A stretch of 64,000 nucleotides of DNA, from the NCBI RefSeq assembly GCF_009914755.1, contig NC_060926.1; one strand, 5' to 3'. Each line of letters opens with the position of its first letter. Position 1 is the first letter of the stretch. The notes under the pieces were generated by a model, which made no database searches, was not told the origin of the DNA, and saw only the letters and a program-made list of their open reading frames with translations. This DNA is from the human T2T-CHM13v2.0 reference genome, Homo sapiens. Shown in pieces: positions 44,546 through 57,894 of the stretch. The translations under genes and the position numbers were made by a program.

Positions 44546-44654
44546 ATCCCTCTTGCGTTCTGCAATTTCTGAAAAAAAGATGTTCATTGCAAAGTGATAT
44601 GAGCACTGGAAAGGTACTAATTCCAATTTGATTCTAATTGGATGAGTGACATGG
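44546..44654 (+). ncRNA. Candidate non-coding exon A
   Basis: CAG| acceptor at 44545 (weak pyrimidine tract) and donor TGG|GTAAGC at 44655. Unique sequence. Recalled similarity to GUSBP/SMA4-type transcripts. Confidence 0.35.
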
Positions 44655-44799
44655 GTAAGCGATTCTAAGCATTTGTGTTTTTTTTAGTAGTATGGAATTT
44701 AATTAGTTCTCAGTATGTTAGTGAAGATTGAATGAAAACATGCATATGTTTCCATGTATTATAAATATTTTAAAATGCAAAAAATTATTCTAATGAATA

Positions 44800-45850
44800 T
44801 ATAAATATAAAGCATAACAATAATAATACAATACCACCCATAAAGTCATCATCTAATTTAAAAACTAAAACATTAACACTTGAATCTCCCCCATTGCAAC
44901 ATCTTTCCCGACTTGTGTGTTTTTTTCTTTTGCTTTTAAAATTTTTGTTTTATCATATGTCTGCATAAGATTATATAGCTTTCCTTGTTTTAAGCTTTTT
45001 AAATAATATATTGTAGTTATATTATTTGTGCTTTGCTTTTTTTACTTAACATTATGGTTCTAAAATTCAGTAATGTGTTGGGCATGTATAATTTGTTTAT
45101 TTTTAATCTCTTTGACATTCGACTATATAAATTTCAGTTTGTTTATTGACTCCTTTGTCTATAGATACTCTGCTATTTCTGTTTTTGCTGTTACAAAAAT
45201 AATGCTGTTTTAAATTTCATTTTGTATACTTTTTTGAGGCATGTGTATGAGTTATTCTAAGGTAAAAAAATAAGAAAAAATTGCTGGGTTATAAGATTGT
45301 CACATGCTCGAATTTACAAGATAATGCCAAATCATTTTTCAAAGTAATTATACCTATTTATACTACCGGTATGAGTATATTGGTGCCCACATAGTTGCTT
45401 GTTCTGCCAAAGTTTGGTATGATCGAACAATAATTTTTGCCCATCAAATGGCATAAAATAAAATCTCAGTGTGCTTTTAATTTGCATTTTCTATGTTTAA
45501 GAATTGTTTCTTTTTTAACCATTTATAATTTACTTTTGCTGAAATGCTTGCTTATTATTTTTGCTCCCCATTTTTTCCTATTGGATTGCTTTTCTCATTA
45601 ATTTATAAGAATTTTATATGGTTTAGATACTAATTATTATATTACTGAAAATACCTTTATCAGTTTGTTGTGTACTTTCTACTTTATGTCTTGTGATGGA
45701 TAAAAGTTTTAAATTGTATTGTGTTGAAGTTAACATTTTTAAATTTTATAATCAGCATCTTTAATAATCTCTTTATAAAATTTTCCTTTACATAGATGTC
45801 ATAAAGATACATCTCTATAATTTCTTATTTTTTTGGCATATGTTCATTAA
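44800..45850 (-). mobile_element. Old L1 (L1ME-type) 3' region
   Basis: TTTTTGCTGTTACAAAAATAATGCTG, TTGCTGGGTTATAAG and TTTTAATTTGCATTTTCT motifs. Confidence 0.65.
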
Positions 45851-46352
45851 GTCATTTTATCATTTTTTAGTAATAAATTGCAGTTATTTATGAAACAAAT
45901 AATTTTTAAAATTATATATGCTTTCTTTAAAAATTGATCTTAGCATGCTTCACTATGAAGCTTGAGGCTTCACTGCACGTTGTACTGAAATTATGTATAA
46001 AACAGTGGTTCTGAAAATCTCTGAGTTCATGACACCTTTAGTGTCTCAGGTTTTTTTGCTTTTGTTCTTGTTTTTTCTCACAAAGCACCTAAGTTAAATA
46101 AAAACAAAGCACAAAGCTATCAGCTTCATGTATTAAGTAGTAAGCTCCCATGTTAACAGTTGTAACTTGCCTGGTGCCCAATAGATGTCACTCTGTTTTC
46201 CTAGAAACTTTAAAATATCCCTCAGTGCTCCTGTTAATTCATGGTAGTGCCCCAAGGCACTCTGGCACCCAGTTTTGGAACTGCAGTTTTAAAAGTCATA
46301 AATTGAATGAAAATGATAGCAAAGGTGGAGGTTTTTAAAGAGCTATTTATAG

Positions 46353-46437
46353 GTCCCTGGACAGCATCTTTTTTCAATTAGGCAGCAACCTTTTTGCCCT
46401 ATGCCGTAACCTGTGTCTGCAACTTCCTCTAATTGGG
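46353..46437 (+). ncRNA. Candidate non-coding exon B
   Basis: TATTTATAG|G acceptor and GGG|GTGAGT donor, 85 nt. Its only ATG is closed at once (ATG CCG TAA). Confidence 0.45.
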
Positions 46438-47197
46438 GTGAGTAAGAGATTTTGTTATGTATATAATAGCTAAGAATATAGTAATAATGGCTTAAATCAT
46501 GGTTATTTTTAAACTACTAACATTTAGAAGACAAAATAAAAATGCTTTGAAAAGTATAGAGGTTTTAGTGTAATTAGCAGGGAATAATGAAATGATTTGA
46601 TAGGGCTACTCAGTTTTGTATAACTTTGGTGCTTTAAGTCTGAATGCAGAGCATGGATGTTGTGATCCAGCCTTTATATGTTTTCCCTGAAGAAGATTTA
46701 ATTTATTTGGCCTTTTGAGAAACACATTTGGCATTGTAATATGTTTTGCTTCCAGGTTCTATCTCCAAGGATAATTTGACAAAATCACACATAAATTTAT
46801 TTTCAGGGCACACAGTTTCCCTTTTAGGGAACTCACAGAGGTAGAGAGTAATACAATAATCACATTTGAATATTCAGTAAGTGAGGTCCTCATAGATCTT
46901 ATGTGTATGTCACCATGTATATAATTTTGTTAATCACTAGATGTATGAGACAAGAAATTTGAGGAACCTTAACTAGAGATTAAAATAGGGATTTAAATCA
47001 AAGAAACATTTAAATGCCTCCTTTATTATTTAAATACCTGCATGGTGAATCATTGAAAAAAAAATAAAAAGCATACAACTTGGGAATATTCTAAACCAAG
47101 AAGAATTTGTTATTCTGGTTGATTTTTTTTTTTCAGGCTCCCACAGGCAACTTACCTTTATCTCTTTGTGATTTTTATTTCTTGTTAAAATATACAG

Positions 47198-47281
47198 AAA
47201 TAGTTAAGCAGATTCATAGAGCTGAATGATAAAATTGTACTACGAGATGCACTGGGACTCAACGTGACCTTATCAAGTGAG
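47198..47281 (+). ncRNA. Candidate non-coding exon C
   Basis: Pyrimidine tract then TACAG| acceptor (alternative T-run CAG at 47136), GAG|GTGAGC donor, 84 nt. Confidence 0.45.
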
Positions 47282-47739
47282 GTGAGCCATTCATTAATTC
47301 AGATAATGGAACTTATTATCATAATCTTTTGCTTATGCTATTGTTGAGCTTAACTACTTATTCATATTTGCATATGCATATTGAGATAATATCATTTCAT
47401 TAATTTCAGTACTGAACACTAATCTCCTAAGAGTAATTGTGAAAGTTTCAGATTGCACTATTTTTAACTATATATCTGTATGTTATCTTCATATATGCTT
47501 GAATAACTTATAAGCAATTGAAACTTTCAATTACAGTATACTATTGAAGCAAATCAACTAATATATACACATATCCATTAGCAATAGTAGATAATTTTTG
47601 TAAATGTCCAGCACAGTTCTTCATATGTAGAGGATGTTCAAATTGGCTAAGTTCCTTTTCTCTCTTAATTATTAGTATTTTTCCTACTGCTCTTTGTATA
47701 ATTATTCCTTCCTCTTTAGCTCCAATCCTTACAATCTAT

Positions 47740-48250
47740 TCTTAACATAGCAACTGGAAGAAAGTTTTTAAACATAAACCAGATGATGTCACTCCACCCC
47801 ACAAAACTTCCACTATTCTCTGTCACACATAGAAAGAAAGAAAAAAAATATTGAAAACCTACAAAGACTTGCTATGATCTGGTCCAGGCTCTCCCTAAAA
47901 TTTCATGTAATTTCCAGCCACTAGGCCTTTCTGGCTCTCCTTCAATCTCATTAGCCTTTTCACTACTACAAGTTAGACTGGGTTTTGGCCGAGGTATTTC
48001 TTTTTTTCATATTTTGCCTTTGCCTAGATTGCTCTTCCAATAGATATTCACAATTGCATCATCATTTCTATATACGTGCTAAAAGGTTTCCTTGTCCAAA
48101 ATAGCTTCAGTGACCACCTGATCTAGAATAGTCTCGATCAAAAGTTTCTTTTCCTTTTCCTCACCACTTGATATTTATATCAAACATTTATTTGTGTAAT
48201 TTATGTGTTTGTTTGTTTTCTGTACTAGCATTATGATGACCATACTATTT
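47740..48250 (+). mobile_element. Degenerate L2 3' region
   Basis: CCAGATGATGTCACTCC..TATGATCTGGTCC..CAGCCACTAGGCCTTTC..TGCCTAGATTGCTCTTCC. Confidence 0.55.
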
Positions 48251-49609
48251 GATGCCCCCCAAAAAATACTTTCGAGAATGACAGGGAAAGCTAAAATAAT
48301 TAAATTATATAATTTTGACATAGGCACTATTGACAAAAAGCAATTGATGTTATGATAGTGTTAGATCTATGAAATAGTACTATTTAAAAGTAATTCTCTG
48401 AAATACAATTTTCTAAAACTAAAAGCAGCATATGTACATGAAACACCAAAAAACTTCCTTATATTTATCACTGGAAGATTTAAAATAGTATAAGTAGTAA
48501 CTTATTTAATATATTTTTGATTATTTAATTAATTTTATAGTATCCAACTCTAATATAATGCCAGTGGTATTTGTTCAAAATATTTTAATGTTGTCTATTT
48601 ATTTTTAATTTGCCTAAAAATTATCTTAAATGAAAATTTTTGGTTAATAAATTTGAAAATACTGAAACCCTCATCTCAGTCTCTGTGGATCCTAAAGTTT
48701 TTAGTTGAGAAAATAATTTTTCTCTAGAGAATGAAGTAGCTTGTAAGCTTGGAGAAATTTCTGCTAAATAAATGATATTATCAACTCTATTTTCTTCAAT
48801 ACGAAATATATAAATATTTCAGCTCATATATTTTTGCAGGTGCTATGCTTTTGCTTCCAATCATAATTTCTGACAAATATTTTGGAAGTCAAAACTTGTC
48901 TTCTATTTTGTTATTTAAAATTATATAGACTACTTTTGTAAACCTTTATACTATCAAATCATAGGCAATTTCAGTTTGATTTCATTCTGGTGCAGAATAT
49001 AAGTTTATCCAAGTAAAACTGGAGTCACTTCAAAAGATTCCTCCCACTGACTGAGATATTCCAAAGCCAACTTTGCAAAATTTCAGAATTAAATATTATA
49101 CTTCTTTGTACCTTCATTTTATTTGTTCAATTTTTCTTTGTGTTTGTAGAAAATTTTAATATTTTTCTGTTTTCAAGTTTTGATTTTAATTTACTACTTT
49201 ATAATTTTTAAAGGTAAGTTTTGTGAGGCTATATTCATTATGTGTTTTGAATAAAGACATACAATTAATTTTGAGAACTGCAATAAAAATTATAAGACTA
49301 TTAAAAATGCAGTAAGTGTACTACACTTAGGCTGCTAAAAATGCAGTATCAGTAGACTACATTTAGGCTGCTTAAAGTTAGTTCTTCTAAGTACCATATA
49401 CTTTAAAATTTTAGCTAATGATGGAGAACAAAGACAGAAAGACTGTGTTACCATATTCTAGTTGGCCATTTTGTTTTGTTTTGAGAGACGTCACATCAGC
49501 CTTATCATAAAAATTATTTGGTTTTACCATTTTGACTGTGAGCAAAATATACAGCATAATATACAAAATAAAATATATGTACATCTTCACAACTTCTTGT
49601 TTAGGATGC

Positions 49610-49612
<3 letters not shown>

Positions 49613-49645
<33 letters not shown>

Positions 49646-50054
49646 TATTATACTTTAAGTTCTAGGGTACATGTGCACCACGTGCAGGTTTGTTACATAT
49701 GTATACATGTGCCATGTTGGTGTGCTGCACCCATTAACTCGTCATTTACATTAGGTGTATCTCCTAATGCTATCCCTCCCCTCTCTCCCCACCCCACAAC
49801 AAGCCCCGGTGTGTGATGTTCCCCTTCCTGTGTCCATGTGTTCTCATTGTTCAATTCCCACCTATGAGTGAGAACACGCAGTGTTTGCTTTTTTGTCCTT
49901 GCAATAGTTTGCTGAGAATGATGGTTTCCAGCTTCATCCATGTCCCTACAAAGGACATGAACTCATCATTTTTTATGGCTGCATAGTATTCCATGGTGTA
50001 TATGTGCCACATTTTCTTAATCCAGTCTGTCATTGTTGTTGGACATTTGGGTTG
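49613..50054 (-). mobile_element. 5'-truncated L1PA (L1PA4/5-like) 3' end
   Basis: TTATACTTTAAGTTCTAGGGTACATGTGCAC...CCCACCTATGAGTGAGAAC. The frame carries the ORF2p end (WIKKMWHIYTMEYYAAIKNDEFMSF). TSD TGCAATT. Tail replaced by (TA)14. Confidence 0.96.
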
Positions 50055-50098
50055 CAATTTTGAGTTTCATGTGTAGCATGTATAGCACAACCAATTAA

Positions 50099-50417
<319 letters not shown>

Positions 50418-51045
50418 AACATTTCTTAACCTAGTAGTTTAGTTTTTATAGTTTTATTACCGCAGTGAACGCTACACCAAAAATTTCATTTGAATTATTA
50501 ACATAAAAAGAAATAATTTTGTATTAAACTTTTAAACTGAATTTTCAATAGCATTCACAATCATATTAAATGTTTCACCTTTTACAGAATAAACTTCCAT
50601 GAGCTTTATTTGTTAACATTTATTGATACACACAATTAATAAAGCATGTAAGTAATAAACTGAAATTACTTAACTGGTTGAGAAATTTTTTTTTTGCTAG
50701 GAGAACCAACACATTAAGAGCAGTATCTTCAATTTTCATACATGAACAAGAAAACTTCGAAGCAAAAATGAATATATTTAATTTAGAACAATGATTTTTA
50801 TTTGAAAAGTCACATTGCACAGAGTGATATATAAATGAATTTTCTGAAGATATATGTGTTAAATCAGGGCTTTCAGGCACAGTCTGCTTAAAACTTTGGA
50901 AAGAGATACTATTTTTTTTCAGTGCATTTGTATCTTCTAATTTTCTCATAGTAATATCACAGGGTCCCCATAGGTGATGCTGAATATGGGCAACTGGTTT
51001 TTTTTGTTTTTTTTTTTTTACCTGTTGTCTTAGCATTCCCTAAAA

Positions 51046-51379
51046 CAGGGGTCACCAAATCCCAGGCCACCTAGTGGTTCTGGTCCATGGCCTGTTAGGA
51101 ACGAGGCCACACAGCAGGAGGTGAACGGCAGGTGAGCAAGAATTACCACCTGAGCTCCACCTCCTGTCAGATCAGTGGTGACATTAGATTTTCATGAGTG
51201 TGAATCCTACTGTGAACTGTGCATGTGAGAGATCTAAGTTACACGTTCCTTATGAGAATCTAATGCCTGATGATCTGAGGTGGAACAGTTTCATCCTGAA
51301 ACCATCCGCCTGCCCTGTCCATGGAAAAATCGTTTTCCACAAAACCAGTTCCTTCTGCCAAAAAGGTTGGGGACTGTTG
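51046..51379 (+). mobile_element. MER1B (hAT-Charlie non-autonomous DNA transposon)
   Basis: CAGGGGTC...CCTTATGAGAATCTAATGCCTGATGATCTGAGGTGGAACAGTTTCATCC...AAAGGTTGGGGACTG. Perfect 8-bp TSD CCCTAAAA (51038-51045, 51380-51387). Confidence 0.95.
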
Positions 51380-51699
51380 CCCTAAAACACAAACCCTAGG
51401 CAAAATTTTTACAGTAACTATTTTATTGATTGTGCAACCCAAGAAATTCTTGAGGTTGGGAAGAGGATGAGAAGTTAGTAGGGGAAGGAGGGACAACAAA
51501 TATAAGGAGTGGCATTGTTAGACAGGTCAGAACTTTGAGACAATTGCTCTGTCTAGTGAGCCATCTTCAAAGGGGTTGCTTCTCTGACTGTTTACCTTGG
51601 GAGAAGCAGGGAGAAAAATAATATCTAAATAATATCTAAATAACACTGAAGGCTTGTCTCATGCCTTCAGTGTTCACCCCAGACAGCATTAATTACTGC

Positions 51700-53560
51700 A
51701 GCATCTTATACTTCAGCAGTATTCAGGAACCCAGGGAAAGAAAAGGAAGGACTTCCAATGTAGGTTGAAAGTGAGGCACCCATAGGGCATATCCAGCAAG
51801 GTTTTCAGTCTGTTGAAATGAGAGTGGGCACAGAATGGGAATATTACCAGCCACTGAGTGCCACCCAATTTAGAAAGCAAAGCAAGTGTGCAGAGATGGG
51901 TAATGCATAATCTGAATTTGGTACAATCCATTCATAGTGCAGGTCAGATCTGCTCACACTGTACTACGATATTCAATTCTCACCTTCGATTCTTCCCTGA
52001 GAAGAAGCATAAAAATTTAATCTTTAAGTATTATTGTTAACTGCTGCCTCCTTAAACAAACAGCACACAGACAACTTTATATTATGTTATCCAATGAAGT
52101 TACAGCTGGCCACCTTCAGCTATAATTTTGGGTCTTGCTGAATGGGGTGATCCAGACCTTGGATTTAGGGGTTATTATTCCTAAGTTACTTTGAGCTTCT
52201 GGACATGTGTTCTATGCGGTTAACATTTTTTTATTATCACTGAATACAAAAGCACCAAGACATATCCCAGTGAATCTACTGGGTTCCAGACATATTTCTT
52301 TTTGCCCTCACTATGTAGTAGCAACTATAGCTTCTCATGATTATCAAGATCGATGACTCCCACTAGTACATTCCATCTGCACCAGGATTAGGAGCTCAAG
52401 GTAGTTCATACATTTCTTCTCCACTTGGAAAATAACATCTCTAAACTAGCAAAGTCTAAGGCAGGGTGGAAAGCACTATATTTTGAGCATGGGAATATGT
52501 TAAAAATAACTGGGAATAATGGCAAGCAGGGGATCCCACTTCTACTCCTTACCTCCCAGACCTATGCTTCAGTGCATATAGTGTACACTAGAAGACAACA
52601 CCCTGGGATTTTTTCTCTGAGCTGGCTCCTTAACTGAGTCTTCATTCTATCAGTGTAGTAGAATACTAGTAGTAAGCCCCACGAATCTTGTGATTACCTA
52701 TGCATCAACATACCTCCTTTGTGATAAAGCAGGCTCCTTGTTCTAAAGCAATCCCACATGAAATGCTCTGTTGAGATATCAGGCATTTTTTAAGCCCTTA
52801 AATGATGGTGTTGATTGAAAAACTGTGCAAAAAAAGGCAAACTCATATCCAGAATGTGCATTTGTTCTGATAAGGACAATCCTTATTCCCTTTCTGGTGG
52901 AAGGGGTCTTATTTCATAGCTCTGTCACCAAGAGGCTGCTTAAACTCCCGAAAAGTAGTGTCACATGGAAGACTCTGCAATGGATATGCACTGCTCTCAG
53001 ACTGGACATTCAGCAATGGTAGCAATAGATCAGCCTTGGTGAAGACGAATACATGAATACATGTCATTAGCCTCATGCATAGCCTTAATCCTTCTGCTAT
53101 GACCACCCTGGTCATGTGCTCATTGTGCAAGCATTGCAATAGTCATCCTGTCTACCTTGTTGAAGAGATGCTCCCTGGAGATGGGTTCTCTCTGGTAGAA
53201 ATTAATACTAGTTACACTTATCTGCATGTGTTGTGCCCACTCCTATAGGATCTTCCATATACTTCCTTCCCAGAGTTCTTTAGCCCCGACTTATTAGTCT
53301 TTTTCATTTGAGGACTCTGACCATTGAGTCTGGCCACTGCCACAACCCAGGAATCAACATATTATCTGTACCTTTTGTCATCTCCCATTTCATGCAAAAT
53401 GAATGACTGAGTTGACTGCTTAAAACTCTGCTCACCAGGAGAAGTTCCCTTTGTTGCTGTCTCTAAGGCCAACCCTGAGTGGGGCTGAAATGTGGTAGTG
53501 GTCTACTTCAAGTTTGCACCAACATTTTGGGCTGTCTCTTCTGTTAATCAGATCAGTTTC
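51700..53560 (-). mobile_element. Class III (ERVL-related) internal pol fossil: RNase H and integrase
   Basis: The minus strand has degenerate RNase H sequence (CAGCCCCACTCAGGG..GCAGAG..GCAGT..GATTCCTGGG..CTGGGAAGGAAGTATATGG), then integrase zinc-finger and core (CCCCTTCCA..ATTCTGGATATGAGTTTGCCTT). Many stops and frameshifts. Confidence 0.75.
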
Positions 53561-53608
53561 TTCCCTTCTTTGATGTTGCACACGAGGAACTTCCTGTTGC
53601 ACATTTTG

Positions 53609-53712
53609 CCTTCTATGATTGAATGTCATTTACTAATTTATAATATTTATTGCTTTTCCCTTCTATGATTGTATGTCATTTGCTTATTTATAATATTTAT
53701 TGCTTTTCCCTT
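53609..53712. repeat. 50-bp tandem duplication
   Basis: 53611-53660 and 53661-53710 are identical except for 3 substitutions. Confidence 0.95.
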
Positions 53713-54055
53713 TAAAACATAATGTAAGCTCTATGAGGGTTACTTTTTCAATTTTTTATTAACTGATAGGTCTTGCTTGCCTAAAAGGACCTGGCATATA
53801 GTGCTGCATACATTCAATAAATGTTTGGTAAAAGAAAGAATAAATGAACTCTCTCTATCTCCTTTCCCTGCTTCAATTTTGTTCATAGTATGATTCACTA
53901 TGCAACATTATACATTATAATATGTTTTTTTTTCAGTCTTTCCCTCCTCCACTAAAATATAAAACACACAAGAGGTTGTCTGCTTTGTTTAAAGCATTAT
54001 CCCCAACACCTATAGAAGAGCCTGCTTTGACAAATACTTTTTGCATTAATTAGCA
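53660..54055 (+). mobile_element. Two L2 3' end fragments
   Basis: AATGTAAGCTCTATGAGGG..CCTGGCATATAG..TCAATAAATGTTTG, then a second TATCCCCAACACCTA copy. Confidence 0.65.
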
Positions 54056-55559
54056 AATAGACAAGGTTTTTCTCATTCCCTGTCACCAGGTAACACCTAA
54101 TGCCCTGTAGGTTATATAACAGGCGCTCAGTGAAAAAGTTGTGATACAAAATAAATGCACCAAAATTTTGCCTCTGGCCCAGAGGTGGCCTCTCTCAATA
54201 CTACTCTGATCTTTCAGAAGTAGAATTGACAAGAACTAACAAGATAACTTTGCCTCCTTAAACTTGTTCCTCAGGAAGTTTCAAAGGAAAATTCAAATAA
54301 TTTATCAACCAAAAAAGACTAGAAATTCTCATTTTTTTTACACACATAGCTTTTATTTTGAATCCTGTCGATTTATAGTGTAAGGCTTCCGTGATTCCTA
54401 TTACCTTATTTCATTGGGAAAAAGAAACAAAACAAAACAGAAAAAACTGGAAGCCAATATCTTCTGAAGTGATGTGGGAAGCTAGGAGGCTCCTTTGTTA
54501 CCTTTACTTCACCTCACATGTATAAAGAATTCCATTCTTAAAGGACATCACATTTTTTAAAACACTGTTGTATTTTATTATATGCATATCTGGAATAGAA
54601 AATCTGACAAGAGGGCAGCCCTGAACAATTTTCCCTATCATTACGTAGAAGATGAATATGGAGTTAATTTTCACTTTTGACACATTATATTGAGATTTTA
54701 AAATTCATTCTGTCTAAGTTGGGTTTGGAAGAAGTCTAATCTCACAGTTTCATTTGAGGACAGCTCTATGAATATTTGTGAAAAATGAATATTTTATTTG
54801 CCTTGAAAACTATGATTCAATTTGATGAAATGAAAAAAATTTATGGATAATGTTTAATCACGACTGTCATATAAGAGCTAAGCTGTCAGCAGGATGCTAT
54901 GACACCTAGAGTTAGTTACTTCCAGCTGAGAGAGGATCCACACAGCCTCTAATAGCTTAGGAAGCTGTGACTTGATATTCTGGCTCATTTAATAGATTCA
55001 TTGTGCTTCATGTTCTATATGAAATTCTGTTTGAAACCAGCCTAAATATGTTTTAATGTTTAATGTCATTATATTCTTTATACATCTACTTTTTAAAATG
55101 AATGCAGAAATATTTTTCCAAAATTTAAAAAGGCATTAATTGACATGAACATCATTTTTATCATGAAGCTTAAAGAGATGGTTTGTTAAGTTAATCAATA
55201 TGTGATCACTATGATAATGTTATATACTCAGTCTTTTGCTGGGAACTATAGAGTTATCAACAATATATGGTTCATGTCCTCTACTCCTGAGGAATTCCTA
55301 AGTGGAGAGAGAAAAACTATGTAACCCTACAGTGTAATGTATGGAACATACTTACTTGTGAATGTATGTGGCAAAGACTAGGAACAGTAGCACTGATTTT
55401 AAGTACAATAATTAAATAAAAGTGATTATTTTGCTTTTTTTTCTCCTTAATGTCTAGGAACTTTTGGTATTCTTCCCTTCCATTTATTAAGCTACATGCT
55501 CATTATTTCCTTGTTTCTTAGCAATAGCCAGACTTTAATCCAATTGGTCATTTACTACT

Positions 55560-56350
55560 TTCAATTCAATGTGATTCTTTTACTCTTCTCCTACTCAATA
55601 TTTTTCAATATTTTGACAAAAATTTAGACAATATGCCTATTAACTTTGTAGATGCTACAAAACACAGTAATTTTTACATTTTATAACAAAAATCAAATTT
55701 AAAAATGAACAAGCAGTTTGCAGAGATTTAAATAGCAAATGCACATTTAACAAGTATAAGAGTAAGTTTGGTACTTGGTTACAAAATACCAATTTCACAT
55801 GTAAATAAAGGATTTTTTAACAATAGCATTGTGAAAAAGAATTGAACCTGAGACCTCATATTCAGTTTAAGACTATGTGATATTTTGTCCAAGAAAAAAA
55901 TAAATATGTTATGCAAATGGAAACTGAGTGTTTAGAATACCGAGGAAGATAATTCTGTTCTACTATAGACTGCATACGTTATACCTGAATTCTTATGTTT
56001 GGATATGGACTCCCTACTTTCAAAACACAGGAATATAGTATTATTCATTTAGAGGCTCGATATTATTATTATAAAATGCATGGTTGAAGAAAATATAAGT
56101 ATACAGGTTGAAAAAGAAAATTAGAAAACACTCTAAGAACTGAACTACAATTTTAGACCTGAATAAGGAAAACTTTTTTCAAGAGCCAGAAATATTCAAA
56201 AACTGAGTTGGCTACTGGAAGAAAATACTAATGTAGTGGTCTTGGGGTTTTCAAACATGCACCAGAAAACCAAATACTAGATCTGTATTGTAGAAGAGAT
56301 TTGGGCAATGTTTAGTTAGTTGAAATAAATGTCCTTAAGTATGAAATTCA
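55560..56350 (+). mobile_element. L3/CR1 LINE fossil
   Basis: AACTTTGTAGATGCTACAAAA (degenerate KFADDTK RT motif), then CR1-like ORF2 3' sequence (ATAAGGAAAACTTTT, GGTTTTCAAACA). Confidence 0.6.
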
Positions 56351-56919
56351 GTGAGTCTATCATATCTTTTATACATATACATATGTATCTTTTAATTGCC
56401 CCCAACCAACAATAAATATGTCAGTTCTCATATCAAAACTGCAATCACTTCTTCATCTATTTGCTTTTTATTATTTTTGCATAACATTTTTAAACTGTGG
56501 TTTTCAAAACTATAGTTACAGGGTAGAACACTAATACACTTCTCTCTTCCAAAACCCCCTTTGTAATTTATTATGTGAAGTTTGTTTTCCTTATAATACA
56601 CAGTCTTTGAAACTTAGTTTCCACACTTATTTATTTATATTAACACTTGAGTCATGCTAACTCTCTAATCACTGGTATTCAAACCCAAAATTTAAATTGT
56701 TGCTTTTCTTAGCCTATTTCACCTCCCCAAGTCCTCTGTCTCTATATTCAACCACCCTTCAAGACCTATCTTCAATTGTATAATTTCCAGAAAGACTTTG
56801 GGGATACTGACACTAAATTTTTTTCTCATTTTTGAATCTCTACCATGCTTAATAAAACATTATTACCACGCTATTTACTTTCATGTGCAGATCCTTGAGT
56901 AAAAAATTATCCCTGAACT

Positions 56920-57030
56920 TCATGTCCAGAGACCTGGGTTCTACTTATGACTGTACTTCCATTTAGCTGTGTAGCCTCAATAAAGCATTGAAACTTTCTG
57001 TATGACAGGAACTTTATCCATACAATGCAG
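56920..57030 (+). mobile_element. MIR fragment
   Basis: GAGACCTGGGTTCTA..CCATTTAGCTGTGTAGCCTC. Confidence 0.55.
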
Positions 57031-57559
57031 ATATATTTCAATTATAATAAATATTGAATGAATCTTTTTGCCTCAGGATCATTCTTATATTGTTGACTTG
57101 TTTAATTATTATAATATAAATTCATCATGAGAAGAGTGGTCTTCCATTGCCTTGTTTCCCCATAATACTTATCATTTAACTATTCACAAAATGTCCACTT
57201 GCATACTTTCAATAAGCACAAGGTCAAATAAATTTAAAACTAACAAGTATTTTATAGTTTCATTCACTCTTTTTATTTGCTGACACTTTGATATATTTTC
57301 ATTCCTCAAAATAATTTCAGTATCTTGACTTTTAAATATTTTTTCAGGATATTAATGAGATGTCTCAATCTTAAATATTGTTTTCCTTATAAATGCTGTG
57401 TAAAGAATATATTTTATGCATCTTAAAATTATCCTTACAGTATAAACAAAGGTTTATTTCCCTAAACTTATGACCAAACTGAGCAAATAAGAGAAATGCA
57501 ATGCACTATTTTGCTCATTGATCACATGAATTGTCTCCAGCTTTGAATCTCTGTCCTCA

Positions 57560-57894
57560 TTTATTTTTTATTTTTACTTATTTACTTTTGAGACAGGGTC
57601 TGTGGGTCTTGCTGTCACCCAGGATGGAGTGCAGTGGCACGATCATAGCTCACTGCAGCCTCAAATTCCTGGGTTCAAGTGATCCTTCTGCCTTGGCCTC
57701 AGAGTAGCTGGCACATGGGACCACAGACACACACCACCACTCCCTGCTGATTTTTTTTTTATTTGTTTGATTTTTAGTAAGAGACAAGTTCTCACTATGT
57801 TGATCAGGCTGATCTCAAACCCATTAGCTGAAGCAATCCTCCTGCCTCAGCCTCCAGGTGCTGGGATTACAGGCATGAGCCACTGCACCCAGCC
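57560..57894 (-). mobile_element. Alu (AluJ-like)
   Basis: GAGACAGGGTC..GATCATAGCTCACTGCAGCCTC..CACTGCACCCAGCC. Confidence 0.92.

Noticed and set aside
50620-51036. 138-aa minus-strand ORF
   Set aside because: It starts across a poly-T tract and has no recognisable domain or splice context.
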